NCBI GenBank assembly: GCA_018651345.1
Contig: JABIEF010000071.1
Span: forward strand, 500 to 64,499
DNA from: Rhodobiaceae bacterium
Lineage (GTDB): Bacteria; Pseudomonadota; Alphaproteobacteria; Rhizobiales; TMED25
DNA: 64,000 nt
Reading direction: 5' to 3'
How positions within the stretch are numbered: the stretch's first letter is position 1; the number at the start of each line of letters is the position of its first letter. Made by a program: the position numbers and the translations under genes. The notes below the pieces were generated by a model. It was not told the origin of the DNA. It searched no databases and saw only the letters and a program-made list of their open reading frames with translations. Below, one piece after another: positions 50,961-62,387 of this stretch.

Positions 50961-50989
50961 AATTGCTATTATAAAATTGCTATTATAAT
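50961..50989. repeat. tandem direct repeat, 2 x AATTGCTATTATAA with 15-bp period
   Basis: Read directly: copies at 50961-50974 and 50976-50989, separated by one A. They lie in the 210-nt ldt/hemB divergent spacer. The second copy ends in TATAAT (50984-50989), and TTGCTA sits at 50963-50968. Confidence 0.9.
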
Positions 50990-51062
50990 AAAAAAGATTA
51001 AAGATCGGGTTAATAATATATTTCATTTAGTACAGTAAACGCAAAGATGTAGTAACAATAAA

Positions 51063-52079
51063 ATGACTTTTAATAATTCAATAAATAGCTTTAATAACTT
51101 CCCTCTTATTAGATTGAGAAGAAATCGTAAATTTGAATGGTCTAGAAATCTTATAAAAGAAAATAATCTTAGCGTTAATGATTTAATATTACCCCTATTT
51201 ATAAAAGAAGGTAATAGTGAAAGTGAAAAAATTGAATCAATGCCAAATGTCTTTAGACACACGATCGATAAAGCAGTATTAATATGCAATCAAGCTTACG
51301 AATTAGGAATACCAGCTGTTGCTATATTTCCTGTCATTGAAGATAAGCTAAAATCAGAGGATGGAAAAGAATCTTATAATAAGGATAATCTTATATGTCG
51401 CTCAATTTCAGAAATCAAAAATAAAGTACCGAATATTGGAATTATAGCCGATATTGCTTTAGATCCCTTTACAACACATGGGCATGACGGACTGTTAATT
51501 AATGGTAAGATTGATAATGATAAAACAATTGATATACTTATTAAGCAATCAATAACCCAAGCCAGAGCAGGCTGTGATATTATAGCACCGTCAGATATGA
51601 TGGATGGTAGAATAATATGCATAAGGAATGCTCTTGAAGAGGAAGGCTTTAAAGATACGCAAATAATGTCTTATGCAGCCAAATACGCATCAAGTTTTTA
51701 TGGGCCATTTAGAGATGCCATACAATCATCTCAAAAACTATTAGGTAATAAAAAATCGTACCAAATGGACCCAGCAAATTCAAGAGAAGCAATTCAAGAG
51801 ACAGCTCTAGATATTTCAGAAGGTGCTGACATGGTAATGGTTAAACCTGGCATGCCTTATCTTGATATAATCACAAAAATAAAGAATGAATTTAATATTC
51901 CAATTTTTGCATATCAAGTCTCTGGAGAATATTCTATGATGCGTGCAGCATCTGAAAATGGATGGCTTGACTTTAACGGAATTATGGAAGAATCATTAAT
52001 TTCATTCAAAAGAGCAGGAGCAGATGGTATCTTAACATATTCGGCTTTAGAGATAGCGATCAAGTTAAATAATTCATAG
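51063..52079 (+). CDS. hemB: porphobilinogen synthase (delta-aminolevulinate dehydratase)
   Basis: Carries RLRRNRK, DIALDPFTTHGHDG, SDMMDGR and GADMVMVKPGMPYLDII motifs; 338 aa. Confidence 0.95.
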   Translation: MTFNNSINSFNNFPLIRLRRNRKFEWSRNLIKENNLSVNDLILPLFIKEGNSESEKIESMPNVFRHTIDKAVLICNQAYELGIPAVAIFPVIEDKLKSEDGKESYNKDNLICRSISEIKNKVPNIGIIADIALDPFTTHGHDGLLINGKIDNDKTIDILIKQSITQARAGCDIIAPSDMMDGRIICIRNALEEEGFKDTQIMSYAAKYASSFYGPFRDAIQSSQKLLGNKKSYQMDPANSREAIQETALDISEGADMVMVKPGMPYLDIITKIKNEFNIPIFAYQVSGEYSMMRAASENGWLDFNGIMEESLISFKRAGADGILTYSALEIAIKLNNS

Positions 52080-52088
52080 AGAGAGAAA

Positions 52089-53138
52089 ATGCAAAATTTA
52101 ATAGAAGAAATTTTATTTAGTAATTTTATTGATGAAGCAACCGTATTCTTAATTTTTTTATTAATTTCTAGCTCGGTATTCTTAGCCTCCAGATACCTTA
52201 AAAATTATGCGCTTAAGAGGGTTACAGACAAAGATAGTAGCGTAGATAATATCGTTAGGGTAATATTTTCTCGAATAAAAAATCAATTCATTTTTATGAT
52301 TTCTTTTTTATACCCATTATCATTATTTTATACAAATGATAGTATAACAGAATTAACGAGCTTACTTATACCTATACTTGCCTTCATGCAAGTTGCTTAT
52401 GTACTTGATGGCTTAAGCAATTTAATTATAGATAAAAAAAATAATCTAAATCTAATTGACAAAGAACAAGTAAAAAATGCTGTTTCCCTGATTCATTTTG
52501 TGTCTAAGTCAATAATCTGGTCTATAGCAACTCTATTGTGCATTGATAATTTAGGGATTGATATAACAGCTTTAATAGCCGGTTTAGGTATAGGTGGCAT
52601 AGCAATAGCTCTAGCTGCTCAAAACATACTAGGCGATTTATTTGCATCTCTAGCAATTGTTTTAGACAAACCTTTTGTCATTGGAGATTATATCGTAGTT
52701 AATGATGTAAAAGGAACTGTTGAACACATAGGCATAAAAACAACAAGAATAAGAGGCCTTTCTGGCGAAGAGCTTATATGCTCTAATGCAGACTTGCTAT
52801 CTTCACGGGTTAGCAATTACAAAAGAATGAAAGAAAGAAGGATATTATTTACTATAGGAATAATATATGAAACCAAACATAAAACATTATTAAAAATACC
52901 TAAGATTCTTGAAGAAATAATTACTGATATTGAAAATGCAAAATTTGATCGAGCTCATTTCATAAATTTTGGCGACTCATCTCTTGATTTTGAAATTGTG
53001 TATTATGTTCAAATACCAGATTATTTAGAATATATGAATATTCAACAGCAAATAAATTTAGCAATTTTTAATAAGTTTGAAGAAATGAATATTGGTTTTG
53101 CTTATCCAACAAGAACACTACATATAACTAACCAATGA
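52089..53138 (+). CDS. small-conductance mechanosensitive channel (MscS family)
   Basis: Has N-terminal TM helices followed by the MscS core GIGGIAIALAAQNILGDLFASLAIVLDKPFVIGDYI and a beta-domain. Confidence 0.85.
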   Translation: MQNLIEEILFSNFIDEATVFLIFLLISSSVFLASRYLKNYALKRVTDKDSSVDNIVRVIFSRIKNQFIFMISFLYPLSLFYTNDSITELTSLLIPILAFMQVAYVLDGLSNLIIDKKNNLNLIDKEQVKNAVSLIHFVSKSIIWSIATLLCIDNLGIDITALIAGLGIGGIAIALAAQNILGDLFASLAIVLDKPFVIGDYIVVNDVKGTVEHIGIKTTRIRGLSGEELICSNADLLSSRVSNYKRMKERRILFTIGIIYETKHKTLLKIPKILEEIITDIENAKFDRAHFINFGDSSLDFEIVYYVQIPDYLEYMNIQQQINLAIFNKFEEMNIGFAYPTRTLHITNQ

Positions 53139-53141
53139 CGA

Positions 53142-55385
53142 TTATTTTATATTTCTCTTAGTGGTAAAACTTATCCGCCCCTTGAAATCTTTTGGCAGAA
53201 CCTTGCCAGCTCTTGCTCTAGCTGACTTCCAATTAATAATATCTTTAATTATAAACTTTTTATTTTTTTCATTATACATTTGCAAACCATTGCCATCATA
53301 AAAAGAAATACAATCCAAAATAAAACCATCCTTTAATTTTTGAAAAGTAATACCAGAGCCTTTAGTTGAAATCTTTATATCCTCCACAGGAAATACTATT
53401 AACTTATTATCATTATTTAATAGAGCGAAATAATCGCCATTTATTTCTTTTGCAGAAATTAAATGATCGTATGCCGATAATTCAAAAATTTGTTTCCCTT
53501 TTCTAGTAAATGAGATTAGTGATTTTTGATTTACTACCATCCCTTTTCCTAAATATGTGACTAAAAAGATATTCAAATCAATTTTTAGGACGAAGCTATT
53601 AATAATATTTTCTTCTTGTTTGATATCAAATAATAAGCGTATCGGCTCACCTGGGCCTTTTTCATTGTTAATTTTATTTACAGCTATAGTGTAAAAACGT
53701 CCATTATCAGAACACATTATAATTTTATCAGAAGAAAGTACTTCTAACATCGATTCGATATAATCATCATTTTTAAGTGTAAAATTATCTTTATCAATAC
53801 CATGGCCTTTATAAGATTTTATCCAGCCTCTATTTGATATAATTATAGTTATTTTTTCATTACTAGTATCACTTGAAAAATGTTCAAATTCTATAGCTGA
53901 CTCAAAAGTAGTCCTTCTTTTTGACAATACAACCAACGAATCCTTAGTATTAAAAATATTTTTTATCTCTACCACTTGTTTCTGCAACACCTCTAACTGA
54001 AGGTTTTTTGATTTTAACAAGCGGACTAGTGAAGTTTTTCTCTTAAGAAGAGACTGATACTCCGATTGGATTTGAGCTTCCTCTAATTTTCTTAATGACC
54101 TTAATTTCATATCTAAAATCGCATCAGCTTGATTCGAGGTAAGGGAAAAAGTGGTTACTAATTCTTCTTTAGGATTATCCTCTTCTCTAACAATTCTAAT
54201 AATTTCATCTAAATTTAAATAAGCAATAATATAACCTTGCAATAATTCCATTCTTAAATTGATCTTATTTAATCTGTAATTACTATGCCTATTTAACACA
54301 ACCAATCTATGTTCAAGCCATTGTGAAATAGCAGATTTAAGATCAAGAACTTTTGGAATATTACCACTTTCCCCTTGCAGTACATTCATATTTAGCGAAA
54401 AGTTAACTTGTAAATCTGTTAAAGAAAACAACTCTTCCATTATCATCTCGGCCTGGATATTATTACTTCTAGGTTCTAGAATTATAGATAAATCCTCAGC
54501 TGAGTTATCCCTAATGTCAGTTAGAATAGAAATTTTTTTGGTTTGAATTAACTCTGCAATTTTCTCAATTAATTTAGATTTTTGTATGCCGTAGGGTATT
54601 TCAACAATCTCTATTAAAAACTTATTTTTGTCGGGTATTTTTTTCCACCTTGATCTTAGGCGAAACAGACCCTTACCTCGTTTATAAAATTCAACAATCT
54701 CATCAAAAGAGTTTGTGATGATACCGCCTGTAGCAAAATCCGGACCTTTGAATACCTGCATGATTTCATCAACAGATATGTTTGGGTCTTTTAAAATGCA
54801 CAATGCCGCATCACATAATTCTATTATATTATGCGATGGAATATTTGTTGCCATCCCAACGGCTATACCACTTGAACCATTAGCCAAAAGATTAGGAAAA
54901 TTTGACGGCATTACAGCCGGTTCTTTTTCTTCGCCGTCGTAATTTTCTATCAGTTCGACAGTATCTTCATCAATAAATTCCATCAGCAATTCTGCAGTTT
55001 TGGTAATTCTTGATTCTGTATACCTCATTGCAGCGGCGTTATCACCATCAATATTCCCAAAATTTCCTTGGCCTTCAATTAATGGATATCGATGTGAAAA
55101 ATCTTGTGCAAGTTTAACCAAGGCTTCGTAAACAGCCTGTTCACCATGGGGATGATACTTGCCAATAACATCACCCACTATTCTTGCACATTTTTTAAAA
55201 CCATTTTGAGGGTTTAATTTCAATTGTAACATCGCATAGAGAAGTCTTCTATGCACGGGCTTTAATCCATCTCTTACGTCAGGGAGCGCTCTATCTGTTA
55301 TGGTTGAAATTGCGTAAGCTAAATACCTATCTCTTAACGCTTTTCTAAAATCAATTTTTGATTCGCTAATTACATCTATTGACAA
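53142..55385 (-). CDS. parC: DNA topoisomerase IV subunit A
   Basis: Has the type IIA topoisomerase A-subunit N-terminus ([21 protein letters not shown], catalytic Tyr in [10 protein letters not shown]). Its 747-aa size and position next to recO favour ParC over GyrA. The start is TTG. Confidence 0.87.
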   Translation of the reverse strand: MSIDVISESKIDFRKALRDRYLAYAISTITDRALPDVRDGLKPVHRRLLYAMLQLKLNPQNGFKKCARIVGDVIGKYHPHGEQAVYEALVKLAQDFSHRYPLIEGQGNFGNIDGDNAAAMRYTESRITKTAELLMEFIDEDTVELIENYDGEEKEPAVMPSNFPNLLANGSSGIAVGMATNIPSHNIIELCDAALCILKDPNISVDEIMQVFKGPDFATGGIITNSFDEIVEFYKRGKGLFRLRSRWKKIPDKNKFLIEIVEIPYGIQKSKLIEKIAELIQTKKISILTDIRDNSAEDLSIILEPRSNNIQAEMIMEELFSLTDLQVNFSLNMNVLQGESGNIPKVLDLKSAISQWLEHRLVVLNRHSNYRLNKINLRMELLQGYIIAYLNLDEIIRIVREEDNPKEELVTTFSLTSNQADAILDMKLRSLRKLEEAQIQSEYQSLLKRKTSLVRLLKSKNLQLEVLQKQVVEIKNIFNTKDSLVVLSKRRTTFESAIEFEHFSSDTSNEKITIIISNRGWIKSYKGHGIDKDNFTLKNDDYIESMLEVLSSDKIIMCSDNGRFYTIAVNKINNEKGPGEPIRLLFDIKQEENIINSFVLKIDLNIFLVTYLGKGMVVNQKSLISFTRKGKQIFELSAYDHLISAKEINGDYFALLNNDNKLIVFPVEDIKISTKGSGITFQKLKDGFILDCISFYDGNGLQMYNEKNKKFIIKDIINWKSARARAGKVLPKDFKGRISFTTKRNIK

Positions 55386-55398
55386 TTTATATAACCTT

Positions 55399-56124
55399 TT
55401 AAGTTAAGTGGCTATCTCTGACCATTGCAACTATTCTATCACGTGAATTCGGCATTTTTAAACCAAGGGGCTCATAAACATCTTTGTTAAGGAAGAAACC
55501 TGTTAATAAAAATCCATTAATAACATCTATCTTGCTGGGCTTTTTGTTGTCAATTAAAAAACTAGGTAGTTTTAGGAGCTTATCTTTATAAGGATTTCCA
55601 ATTTCTTTTGAAACCGCTTTCCCAGACTTTGGAGAAACATATATCAAATTGTCTGTTTCCAAGGAAACAACACACTTTGATATATCTATACCAAAACCAA
55701 GTTCAGCTAGGAATCCCATCTCCCATTTAATAAGCAACTCTAACCAATCGTTATTACTGGACATAGAGTCCAATACAATAGATAAAGCCTTGTACAAACT
55801 TCCTACACTTTCTCTCTCAGGGAGTATGTTGGTATAAGCGACCAAAGTTTGCAAACCTACCAAAGCCAACTTGTTATTCATTATTTTTGCCGCTCGAGAT
55901 TCTACAACATCAAAAGTAAAAGAACCGAGATGCTCTGATATTCTAGCCCTCCAATTAAGTTGTAACGTATTTCCTGCTTGTAAGGAGCCTTTTCTATATT
56001 GAGATCTTATGTCACGAACTATCCCTAAATGTCTACCGTGTTCTAAAGTTAAAACCTCTAGCAAACCTGATCTTTCACCATAATTTTTTAAAGATAACAC
56101 AATTCCATTATCTTGCCACTCCAT
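55399..56124 (-). CDS. recO: DNA repair protein RecO
   Basis: It is 241 aa with an N-terminal OB-fold pattern [32 protein letters not shown]. It lies in era-recO order. Confidence 0.85.
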   Translation of the reverse strand: MEWQDNGIVLSLKNYGERSGLLEVLTLEHGRHLGIVRDIRSQYRKGSLQAGNTLQLNWRARISEHLGSFTFDVVESRAAKIMNNKLALVGLQTLVAYTNILPERESVGSLYKALSIVLDSMSSNNDWLELLIKWEMGFLAELGFGIDISKCVVSLETDNLIYVSPKSGKAVSKEIGNPYKDKLLKLPSFLIDNKKPSKIDVINGFLLTGFFLNKDVYEPLGLKMPNSRDRIVAMVRDSHLT

Positions 56125-56140
56125 CGCACTCTCACATAAA

Positions 56141-57064
56141 TTATTTTTTTATATATTCCAAGCCCATCGCATGATATCTTTCAGGATCACTTAGCCAATT
56201 TTTTCTAACTTTTATAAACAAAAATAAGTGAACCTTTACTCCTAAGAATTTTCCTATTTCATTGCGAGCCTGTATTGATATTTCTTTTATCTTCGCTCCA
56301 CTTTGCCCCAAGAGAATTTTTCTCTGATTCTCAGTTTCAACAAAAATAATCTGATCTATTTTTATACTACGATCTTTTTTTTCTTCCCATGTTTCGTTTT
56401 CTACAGATAAGGAGTAAGGTATCTCTTGATGTATGTATTTGAATATAACTTCTCTTGTAAACTCAGATGCCAATTGTTTTACAGGAATATCGGTTAATTG
56501 ATCCTCAGGGAAAAGCCATTCAGAAATAGGTATGTTAAGAGACAGCCATTTAGTCAAAGGTTCTATTCCATTTTTTTTGACAGCAGATATCATAAAAATT
56601 TCTTTAAAAGAAATTTTATCTTTGTATAAATCAATTAAGAATAAAAGTTTTTCTTTATTAATTAAGTCAATCTTATTGATCACAAGTATTACTGGTATCT
56701 TTATATTTTTTAATTTTTCAATAACAAATAATATTTCATTATTAAGCCCTTTAGTGCAATCCACAATGAATAAAACCACATCAGCATCCTTTTTGCCGTT
56801 CATAGCCGCAGAAACTATTGCCACTTCTAAATTCTTATTAGCTTGGAAAATCCCAGGAGTGTCTATAAATATAATTTGGGAGTGATTCTCAATTAATATA
56901 CCCTTGACTGAAGTTCTTGTAGTTTGAACCTTGTGGGTTACTATCGATAATTTTTGACCAATTAAAGTGTTTAATAAAGTTGACTTACCCGCGTTAGGAG
57001 CGCCTACAATTGAAACAAAACCACTTCTTTTTTTAATTTCCACTAACAACTCCTTCACGTACAA
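56141..57064 (-). CDS. era: GTPase Era
   Basis: Has G1 GAPNAGKSTL, G3 DTPG, G4 NKID and a C-terminal KH domain. The start is uncertain: TTG 57064 (longest), or GTG 57058 or GTG 57043. Confidence 0.93.
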   Translation of the reverse strand: MYVKELLVEIKKRSGFVSIVGAPNAGKSTLLNTLIGQKLSIVTHKVQTTRTSVKGILIENHSQIIFIDTPGIFQANKNLEVAIVSAAMNGKKDADVVLFIVDCTKGLNNEILFVIEKLKNIKIPVILVINKIDLINKEKLLFLIDLYKDKISFKEIFMISAVKKNGIEPLTKWLSLNIPISEWLFPEDQLTDIPVKQLASEFTREVIFKYIHQEIPYSLSVENETWEEKKDRSIKIDQIIFVETENQRKILLGQSGAKIKEISIQARNEIGKFLGVKVHLFLFIKVRKNWLSDPERYHAMGLEYIKK

Positions 57065-57725
57065 GAAAATTTATTGCCGCATTTCTTTTGGCTTCTCTTT
57101 TAGAAGATCCTGTACCAATAGCTTTATCAAAATTTTTTACAACAACACTAATGGTAAAAGAAGGGTTATGCGAAGGCCCTGTTCTATCAATTTCAATATA
57201 TTCAGGTAAACCAAGAGTTTGAGCCTGACACCATTCTTGTAACCTTGTTTTAGGATCAATCGGCACTTCCTGCTGATTGTCAATTAAGTCTTTCCAATGA
57301 TTATTTATAAATTTTTTTATTTCATTTAGACCACCATCTATATATATAGCGCCAATTAAAGCCTCACAAGCATCTTCTAATATTGTGTCTTTATTTCTAT
57401 GACCTAACTTCTCTTCACCAGATCCAAGTAATAAAAATTTTCCAAGATTTATTTTTTTTGCTACAACTACCAACGCTTCGCTGTTAACTAAATCAGAATA
57501 TCTTCTCGAAAGCTCGCCTTCTGAAGCATATGGGTATCTTGTATATAAAATATCCGTTATCACAAACCCCAATACCTTATCACCCAAAAATTCCAACCTT
57601 TCATAGCTTGGAAAAGTTGTATTTGAAACACTTGAATGTGTAAGCGCATTTTTTAAATTATCTTGATCTATAAATGTATAATTTATAGAATTACTTATTA
57701 ATTTATTATCAATTTTTCTGATCAT
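57033..57725 (-). CDS. rnc: ribonuclease III
   Basis: Has the RNase III signature ERLEFLGD and a C-terminal dsRBD (GPSHNPSFTISV...GTGSSKREAKRNAA). It has an ATGA overlap with lepB. Confidence 0.95.
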   Translation of the reverse strand: MIRKIDNKLISNSINYTFIDQDNLKNALTHSSVSNTTFPSYERLEFLGDKVLGFVITDILYTRYPYASEGELSRRYSDLVNSEALVVVAKKINLGKFLLLGSGEEKLGHRNKDTILEDACEALIGAIYIDGGLNEIKKFINNHWKDLIDNQQEVPIDPKTRLQEWCQAQTLGLPEYIEIDRTGPSHNPSFTISVVVKNFDKAIGTGSSKREAKRNAAINFLVREGVVSGN

Positions 57726-58456
57726 TTTATCTTCATTAATATTCTATTCCACCTTATCATCGATGGCCATTGCCATACCTTCCAAATGGATTCTTCCTTG
57801 TTAATAGAAAAAAATAGTATTTCAGCTTTTCCTACAAGATTTTTATAAGGAACATAGCCGACTTGTGACATAAATCTAGAATCCAATGAATTATCCCGAT
57901 TGTCACCCATCATAAAATAATGACCTTCTGGAACGGTATATAATTGTGTATTATCACCCCTAGAATTTGGAATAATATCAATTATATTATGAGTATTTTT
58001 ACCTATATACTCTTCGTATTGTGGCACAATTACATTAACCCCAGTACGATCGGTATATGTAAAATTATTACTCTTTTCTAATCTGAGCTTCTTTCCATTA
58101 AGTATTAATTTTCCATTTATTACCTGTATCTCATCACCAGGCAAACCAACTATTCTTTTTATATAATCAACCTTAGTATTGGAAGGCAGTCTAAATACAG
58201 CAATATCACCTCTTTTTGGATATTTTGAAAAAATTCTTTTTTTAATTATTTTAGGGTTAAATGGAATTGAATAATCGCTATATCCGTATGAATATTTTGA
58301 TACAAATAGATAATCTCCTACCAATAAAGTTGGTATCATTGAACCAGATGGTATTGTAAATGGTTGGAATAAAGTAGTTCGTATAACCATTGCAAATAAA
58401 AATGCCCAAAATATCATTTTTATGTTACCAATCAATGTATTCTTTTCTTTTATCAT
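57722..58456 (-). CDS. lepB: signal peptidase I
   Basis: Has an N-terminal TM segment, catalytic Ser box IPSGSMIPTL, Lys box YIKRIVGLPGD and GDNRDNSLDSR. Confidence 0.93.
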   Translation of the reverse strand: MIKEKNTLIGNIKMIFWAFLFAMVIRTTLFQPFTIPSGSMIPTLLVGDYLFVSKYSYGYSDYSIPFNPKIIKKRIFSKYPKRGDIAVFRLPSNTKVDYIKRIVGLPGDEIQVINGKLILNGKKLRLEKSNNFTYTDRTGVNVIVPQYEEYIGKNTHNIIDIIPNSRGDNTQLYTVPEGHYFMMGDNRDNSLDSRFMSQVGYVPYKNLVGKAEILFFSINKEESIWKVWQWPSMIRWNRILMKIK

Positions 58457-58465
58457 TTCACTTTC

Positions 58466-58876
58466 TCAAAAATTATCTTTATCTGGAATAGCATATATTA
58501 TTAAAGTAGCATAAGCATAAGGATACTCATCGGTTAGGCTAAGATGCATGTTGTGCTGCATACCCTCTGGTGTTATATTTTTAAGCCTTACCGCAGCTCC
58601 ACCAGTTAAATTTAAAGTTGGCTTACCAGAGCTATCATTTCCAACTTCAATATCAGACCAATAAACACCTGCACGAAAACCTGTTCCCAAAGCCTTTGAA
58701 CAAGCTTCTTTTGCAGCATATCTTTTTGAATAAGACTCAATACGTAACATTCTAGATTCGCATTTTATTTCTTCATTTGCGGTATAGATTCTATTAATAA
58801 ATCTATCCCCAAACCTACTTAGAGTATGCTCAATTCTTCTGATATCAATTAAATCAGTCCCAATGCCTATGATCAT
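58466..58876 (-). CDS. acpS: holo-ACP synthase
   Basis: Has the N-terminus MIIGIGTDLIDIRRIE and KEACSKALG motif; 136 aa. Confidence 0.9.
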   Translation of the reverse strand: MIIGIGTDLIDIRRIEHTLSRFGDRFINRIYTANEEIKCESRMLRIESYSKRYAAKEACSKALGTGFRAGVYWSDIEVGNDSSGKPTLNLTGGAAVRLKNITPEGMQHNMHLSLTDEYPYAYATLIIYAIPDKDNF

Positions 58877-58916
58877 TTTAAACCCGTATTATTTATATCC
58901 ATGTTAATCAAAGAAA

Positions 58917-59651
58917 TTACCGTGAACTGTTAATATTGGACTTCATCTTCCTAATGACGGAGTCTAATCCTGAAAAAATTGATTCACCAATAATAAAATG
59001 GCCTATATTTAATTCTTGTAAATATTCAATTTTAGCAATTTTTAAAGCACTTTTATAATTTAAACCATGCCCAGCATGCACTTCTAAATTTAAAGAGTCA
59101 GCATATCTAGCTGATTCCTCAAGACGAAGATATTCATCATCTAATTTACTATCATTCTTATTTACTAAGCTTGCAAATTCACCGGTATGCAACTCTATTA
59201 TATCTGCATTTAATTTACTGGCCAGATCAATTTGATGTATATCTGGATCTATAAATAATGAAACTTTAATATTACTATTTTTTAGTTTTTCTATACATTT
59301 GCTTATAAAACTAGTATTTTTTTGTAAATTAAGGCCGCCTTCAGTTGTTAATTCTTGTCTTTTTTCTGGAACTAAACAACAAGCATTTGGCCTATGACTT
59401 AAAGCTATTCTTACCATTTCATCAGTAGGTGCCATCTCCAGATTTAAAGGTAATTCTATAGATTCTATTAGACGCTTAATATCTCTATCACTTATATGCC
59501 TTCTATCCTCACGTAAATGCGCTGTGATTCCATCGGCACCAGCTTCATAGGCATACTTTGCAGCTAAAATGGGGTCTGGATAATGCCCACCACGAGCATT
59601 CCTCAAAGTAGCAACATGATCAATATTCACACCTAATCTTAAGTAATTCAT
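58917..59651 (-). CDS. pdxJ: pyridoxine 5'-phosphate synthase
   Basis: Carries LGVNIDHVATLRNARG, HLREDRRHI and EVHAGHGL motifs. Confidence 0.95.
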   Translation of the reverse strand: MNYLRLGVNIDHVATLRNARGGHYPDPILAAKYAYEAGADGITAHLREDRRHISDRDIKRLIESIELPLNLEMAPTDEMVRIALSHRPNACCLVPEKRQELTTEGGLNLQKNTSFISKCIEKLKNSNIKVSLFIDPDIHQIDLASKLNADIIELHTGEFASLVNKNDSKLDDEYLRLEESARYADSLNLEVHAGHGLNYKSALKIAKIEYLQELNIGHFIIGESIFSGLDSVIRKMKSNINSSR

Positions 59652-60232
59652 GTAATCTTTCTACTTCCAGGTTTTGTAATGGGAATTAAGGAAAGCCAAT
59701 CCGGTACACTATTGGCCTCATAGGTTTCTATATAGATTTCTGCAAGAGAGGCGATAGGTAAACCAATCTCAGCTGTACCCATTGATCGATCAATTAAACA
59801 ACCAGCTCCAATTACTTCCCCGCCATGTTCTTTAATAGCAGCTATACACTCATTAGATGACATTCCAGTAGTTATTATATCTTCAATCATTAAACACTTA
59901 AAACCTTTTTTTATTTCAAATCCACGTCGCAATTCAAATCGCCCATTAACCCTTTCAAAAAATACTGAAGGCAAATTTAATTGCCTAGCTACTTCATAGC
60001 CAACTAACACTCCTCCCATAGCAGGAGAAACAACGAGGTCAACGCTTGTTTTTATATTAGTCATAATGATTTTAGCCAGTTCTTTGCATAATTTTTCAGC
60101 CCTATAATGGTCCATCATAACTCTTGCGCATTGAATATATTGCGCACTATGAAGACCAGAGCTTAATTCAAAATGCCCCTCTAACAATGCACCGGCTTCT
60201 ATAAATTCATTTATTATTTCCTCTTTATTCAC
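59648..60232 (-). CDS. pyrE: orotate phosphoribosyltransferase
   Basis: Carries GALLEGHFELSSGLHS and the PRPP-binding loop CLMIEDIITTGMS. GTG 60232 is preferred (AGGAGA 6 nt upstream) over TTG 60259. It has an ATGA overlap with pdxJ. Confidence 0.88.
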   Translation of the reverse strand: MNKEEIINEFIEAGALLEGHFELSSGLHSAQYIQCARVMMDHYRAEKLCKELAKIIMTNIKTSVDLVVSPAMGGVLVGYEVARQLNLPSVFFERVNGRFELRRGFEIKKGFKCLMIEDIITTGMSSNECIAAIKEHGGEVIGAGCLIDRSMGTAEIGLPIASLAEIYIETYEANSVPDWLSLIPITKPGSRKIT

Positions 60233-60248
60233 TTTTCGTCTCCTAATT

Positions 60249-62387
60249 TTAGTCAGCAATTCTTTTAACTCTGTGTATAACTGATAATTTTCTTAAAGCA
60301 CTAATAATTTTATTTAAATGAGATAAATTCCATACTCCAATATCAATATCTAATTTGTAGAAATCTTTTGATCTAGTTGCAAGAATAAGATTTTCTATAT
60401 TGGCATTATTAAAACCAATAACTTGAGATATTTTTGCTAACGCTCCAACCTCATTAGCACAATCAACGATAATCCTGCCAGAAAATCTTTCTTTCTTTTC
60501 TGCGTCCACATCCCAAGTGAGATCAATCCAATTTTCTAACTTATCATTAAATATTTGAGATTTCTTTGAATACTTAGAGTGTATTGTGATACCTTCACCG
60601 GGCACAAGAATTCCAAAAATATGATCGCCTGGAACAATCCGACTATTGTCTGAAAACTTAACAGGCAAATCACTGTCAATCCCTCTTATTGGTAATGAGT
60701 GTTTATATGTGTTTTTCTTTATAATGCTGAGTTTATTTGTAATTTTTTCTTTATCAAGATTTAAAGCTTTGAGAAGCAAATCATTGTTGATTTCACCTCT
60801 ACCAATTTTGGCATTCAAATCTTCAATTGAATTCATACCGAATTTTGAGCAAACGCTATTCATATCAATGTTTTTATTATCCATACTGTACTTCAATAAA
60901 AGGCGATCTATTATTTGACTACCTAATTTTGAGTATTGGTTGTGTATTTTTTCTTTATTAATTCTTCTGATAGAGCTTTTAGCCTTACCAGTTATAGCCA
61001 CTTTCTCCCAGGCGGATGGCGGATGGCGTTTATCATCGCATATAATTAGAATTTCATCCCCATTAATAATCTCTGTGGTCAAAGGAGATTTAATTCCGTT
61101 TATTCTGCACCCTTTGCATTTATCGCCAATATCTGTATGAACAGAATAAGCAAAATCAATTGGTGTCGCGCCCCTTGGTAAAGTAACAATCCTCCCTTTT
61201 GGAGTAAAACAAAATACTTGATCTTCAAATAATTCTAACTTTGTATTTTCAAAAAATTCTTCTGGACTATCTTCATCTTCTAACATTTCCAACAAATTAT
61301 AAAGCCATTTATAAGCTCTTGTGTCTTTTGCTTTCACTACAACAGCTCCAGATATATTGTCTTTATACAGAGTATGTGATGCAAGACCTCTCTCAGCTAC
61401 CTCTTGCATCTCTTTACTTCTAACTTGTAATTCTATTCTTTGATTATTGGGACCAATTAGAGTGGTGTGTATGGACCTGTAATCATTCTGCTTTGGAGTT
61501 GATATGTAATCCTTAAATCTACCCGGCACAGCTCTCCATTCTTGGTGAACAATACCTACCACTTTATAACAATCTCTAACATTATTAGTAATAACTCTGA
61601 AACCGTATACATCTGATAATTGTTCTAGCGATATCGATTTTCTTTCAATTTTTTGCCATATTGAATATGGCTTTTTTTCTCGACCATCAATTTTTACAAG
61701 AATTCCTTCACTTTTAATCTTCTCAAATAACTCTTTTTCAATTTCCTTTAAAATTTCACTGGATTTATCAGTCAGCAGAGAAAGTCTATTTAGTATCAAG
61801 GATCTGGCTTCCGGATTAATTACTTCAAAACATAAATCTTCTAATTCTTCTCTCATGGACTGTATGCCCATTCGACCTGCTAATGGGGCATAAATATCCA
61901 TTGTTTCTTTGGCTATTCTACTCTTTTTATCATCTGGGAGACAATTGATAGTCCTCATATTATGCAGTCTATCTGCAAGCTTGATCATTAAGACTCTTAC
62001 ATCATCTGATATCGCTAATAAAAGTCTTCTAAAATTCTCGGCCTGTTCGGTTTCTTTAGAAATTAAATTTAATTTACCTATTTTAGTTAAACCAGAAACT
62101 AAACCAGCAATCTCTTCTCCAAATATATCTTTTATTTCAGATAATGTGGCGGTAGTATCTTCGACTGTATCATGCAAAAGCGCTGTTGCAATGGTTGCAT
62201 CATCAAGTTTAAACTCGGTTAATATTGCAGCCACTTCTAAAGGGTGAGAAAAGTAAAGATCACCAGAATCTCTTTTTTGAGAACCGTGAGCTTTCATTGC
62301 GTATACATAAGCTTTATTTAATAATAGTTCGTTTGCGTCAGCATCATATGAAAGTACTTTTTCAATAAGCTCGTATTGCCGCATCAT
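60249..62387 (-). CDS. spoT: bifunctional (p)ppGpp synthetase/hydrolase (Rsh/SpoT)
   Basis: Has an HD hydrolase domain (HPLEVAAIL, HDTVEDT), a synthetase domain (YRSIHTTL), and TGS and C-terminal ACT domains; 712 aa. It lies downstream of rpoZ. Confidence 0.93.
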   Translation of the reverse strand: MMRQYELIEKVLSYDADANELLLNKAYVYAMKAHGSQKRDSGDLYFSHPLEVAAILTEFKLDDATIATALLHDTVEDTTATLSEIKDIFGEEIAGLVSGLTKIGKLNLISKETEQAENFRRLLLAISDDVRVLMIKLADRLHNMRTINCLPDDKKSRIAKETMDIYAPLAGRMGIQSMREELEDLCFEVINPEARSLILNRLSLLTDKSSEILKEIEKELFEKIKSEGILVKIDGREKKPYSIWQKIERKSISLEQLSDVYGFRVITNNVRDCYKVVGIVHQEWRAVPGRFKDYISTPKQNDYRSIHTTLIGPNNQRIELQVRSKEMQEVAERGLASHTLYKDNISGAVVVKAKDTRAYKWLYNLLEMLEDEDSPEEFFENTKLELFEDQVFCFTPKGRIVTLPRGATPIDFAYSVHTDIGDKCKGCRINGIKSPLTTEIINGDEILIICDDKRHPPSAWEKVAITGKAKSSIRRINKEKIHNQYSKLGSQIIDRLLLKYSMDNKNIDMNSVCSKFGMNSIEDLNAKIGRGEINNDLLLKALNLDKEKITNKLSIIKKNTYKHSLPIRGIDSDLPVKFSDNSRIVPGDHIFGILVPGEGITIHSKYSKKSQIFNDKLENWIDLTWDVDAEKKERFSGRIIVDCANEVGALAKISQVIGFNNANIENLILATRSKDFYKLDIDIGVWNLSHLNKIISALRKLSVIHRVKRIAD

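Noticed and set aside
51023-51289. An 88-aa minus-strand ORF overlapping the hemB start and spacer.
   Set aside because: It overlaps the well-supported hemB CDS antisense, and its sequence is low-complexity and L/I/F-rich with no family resemblance.
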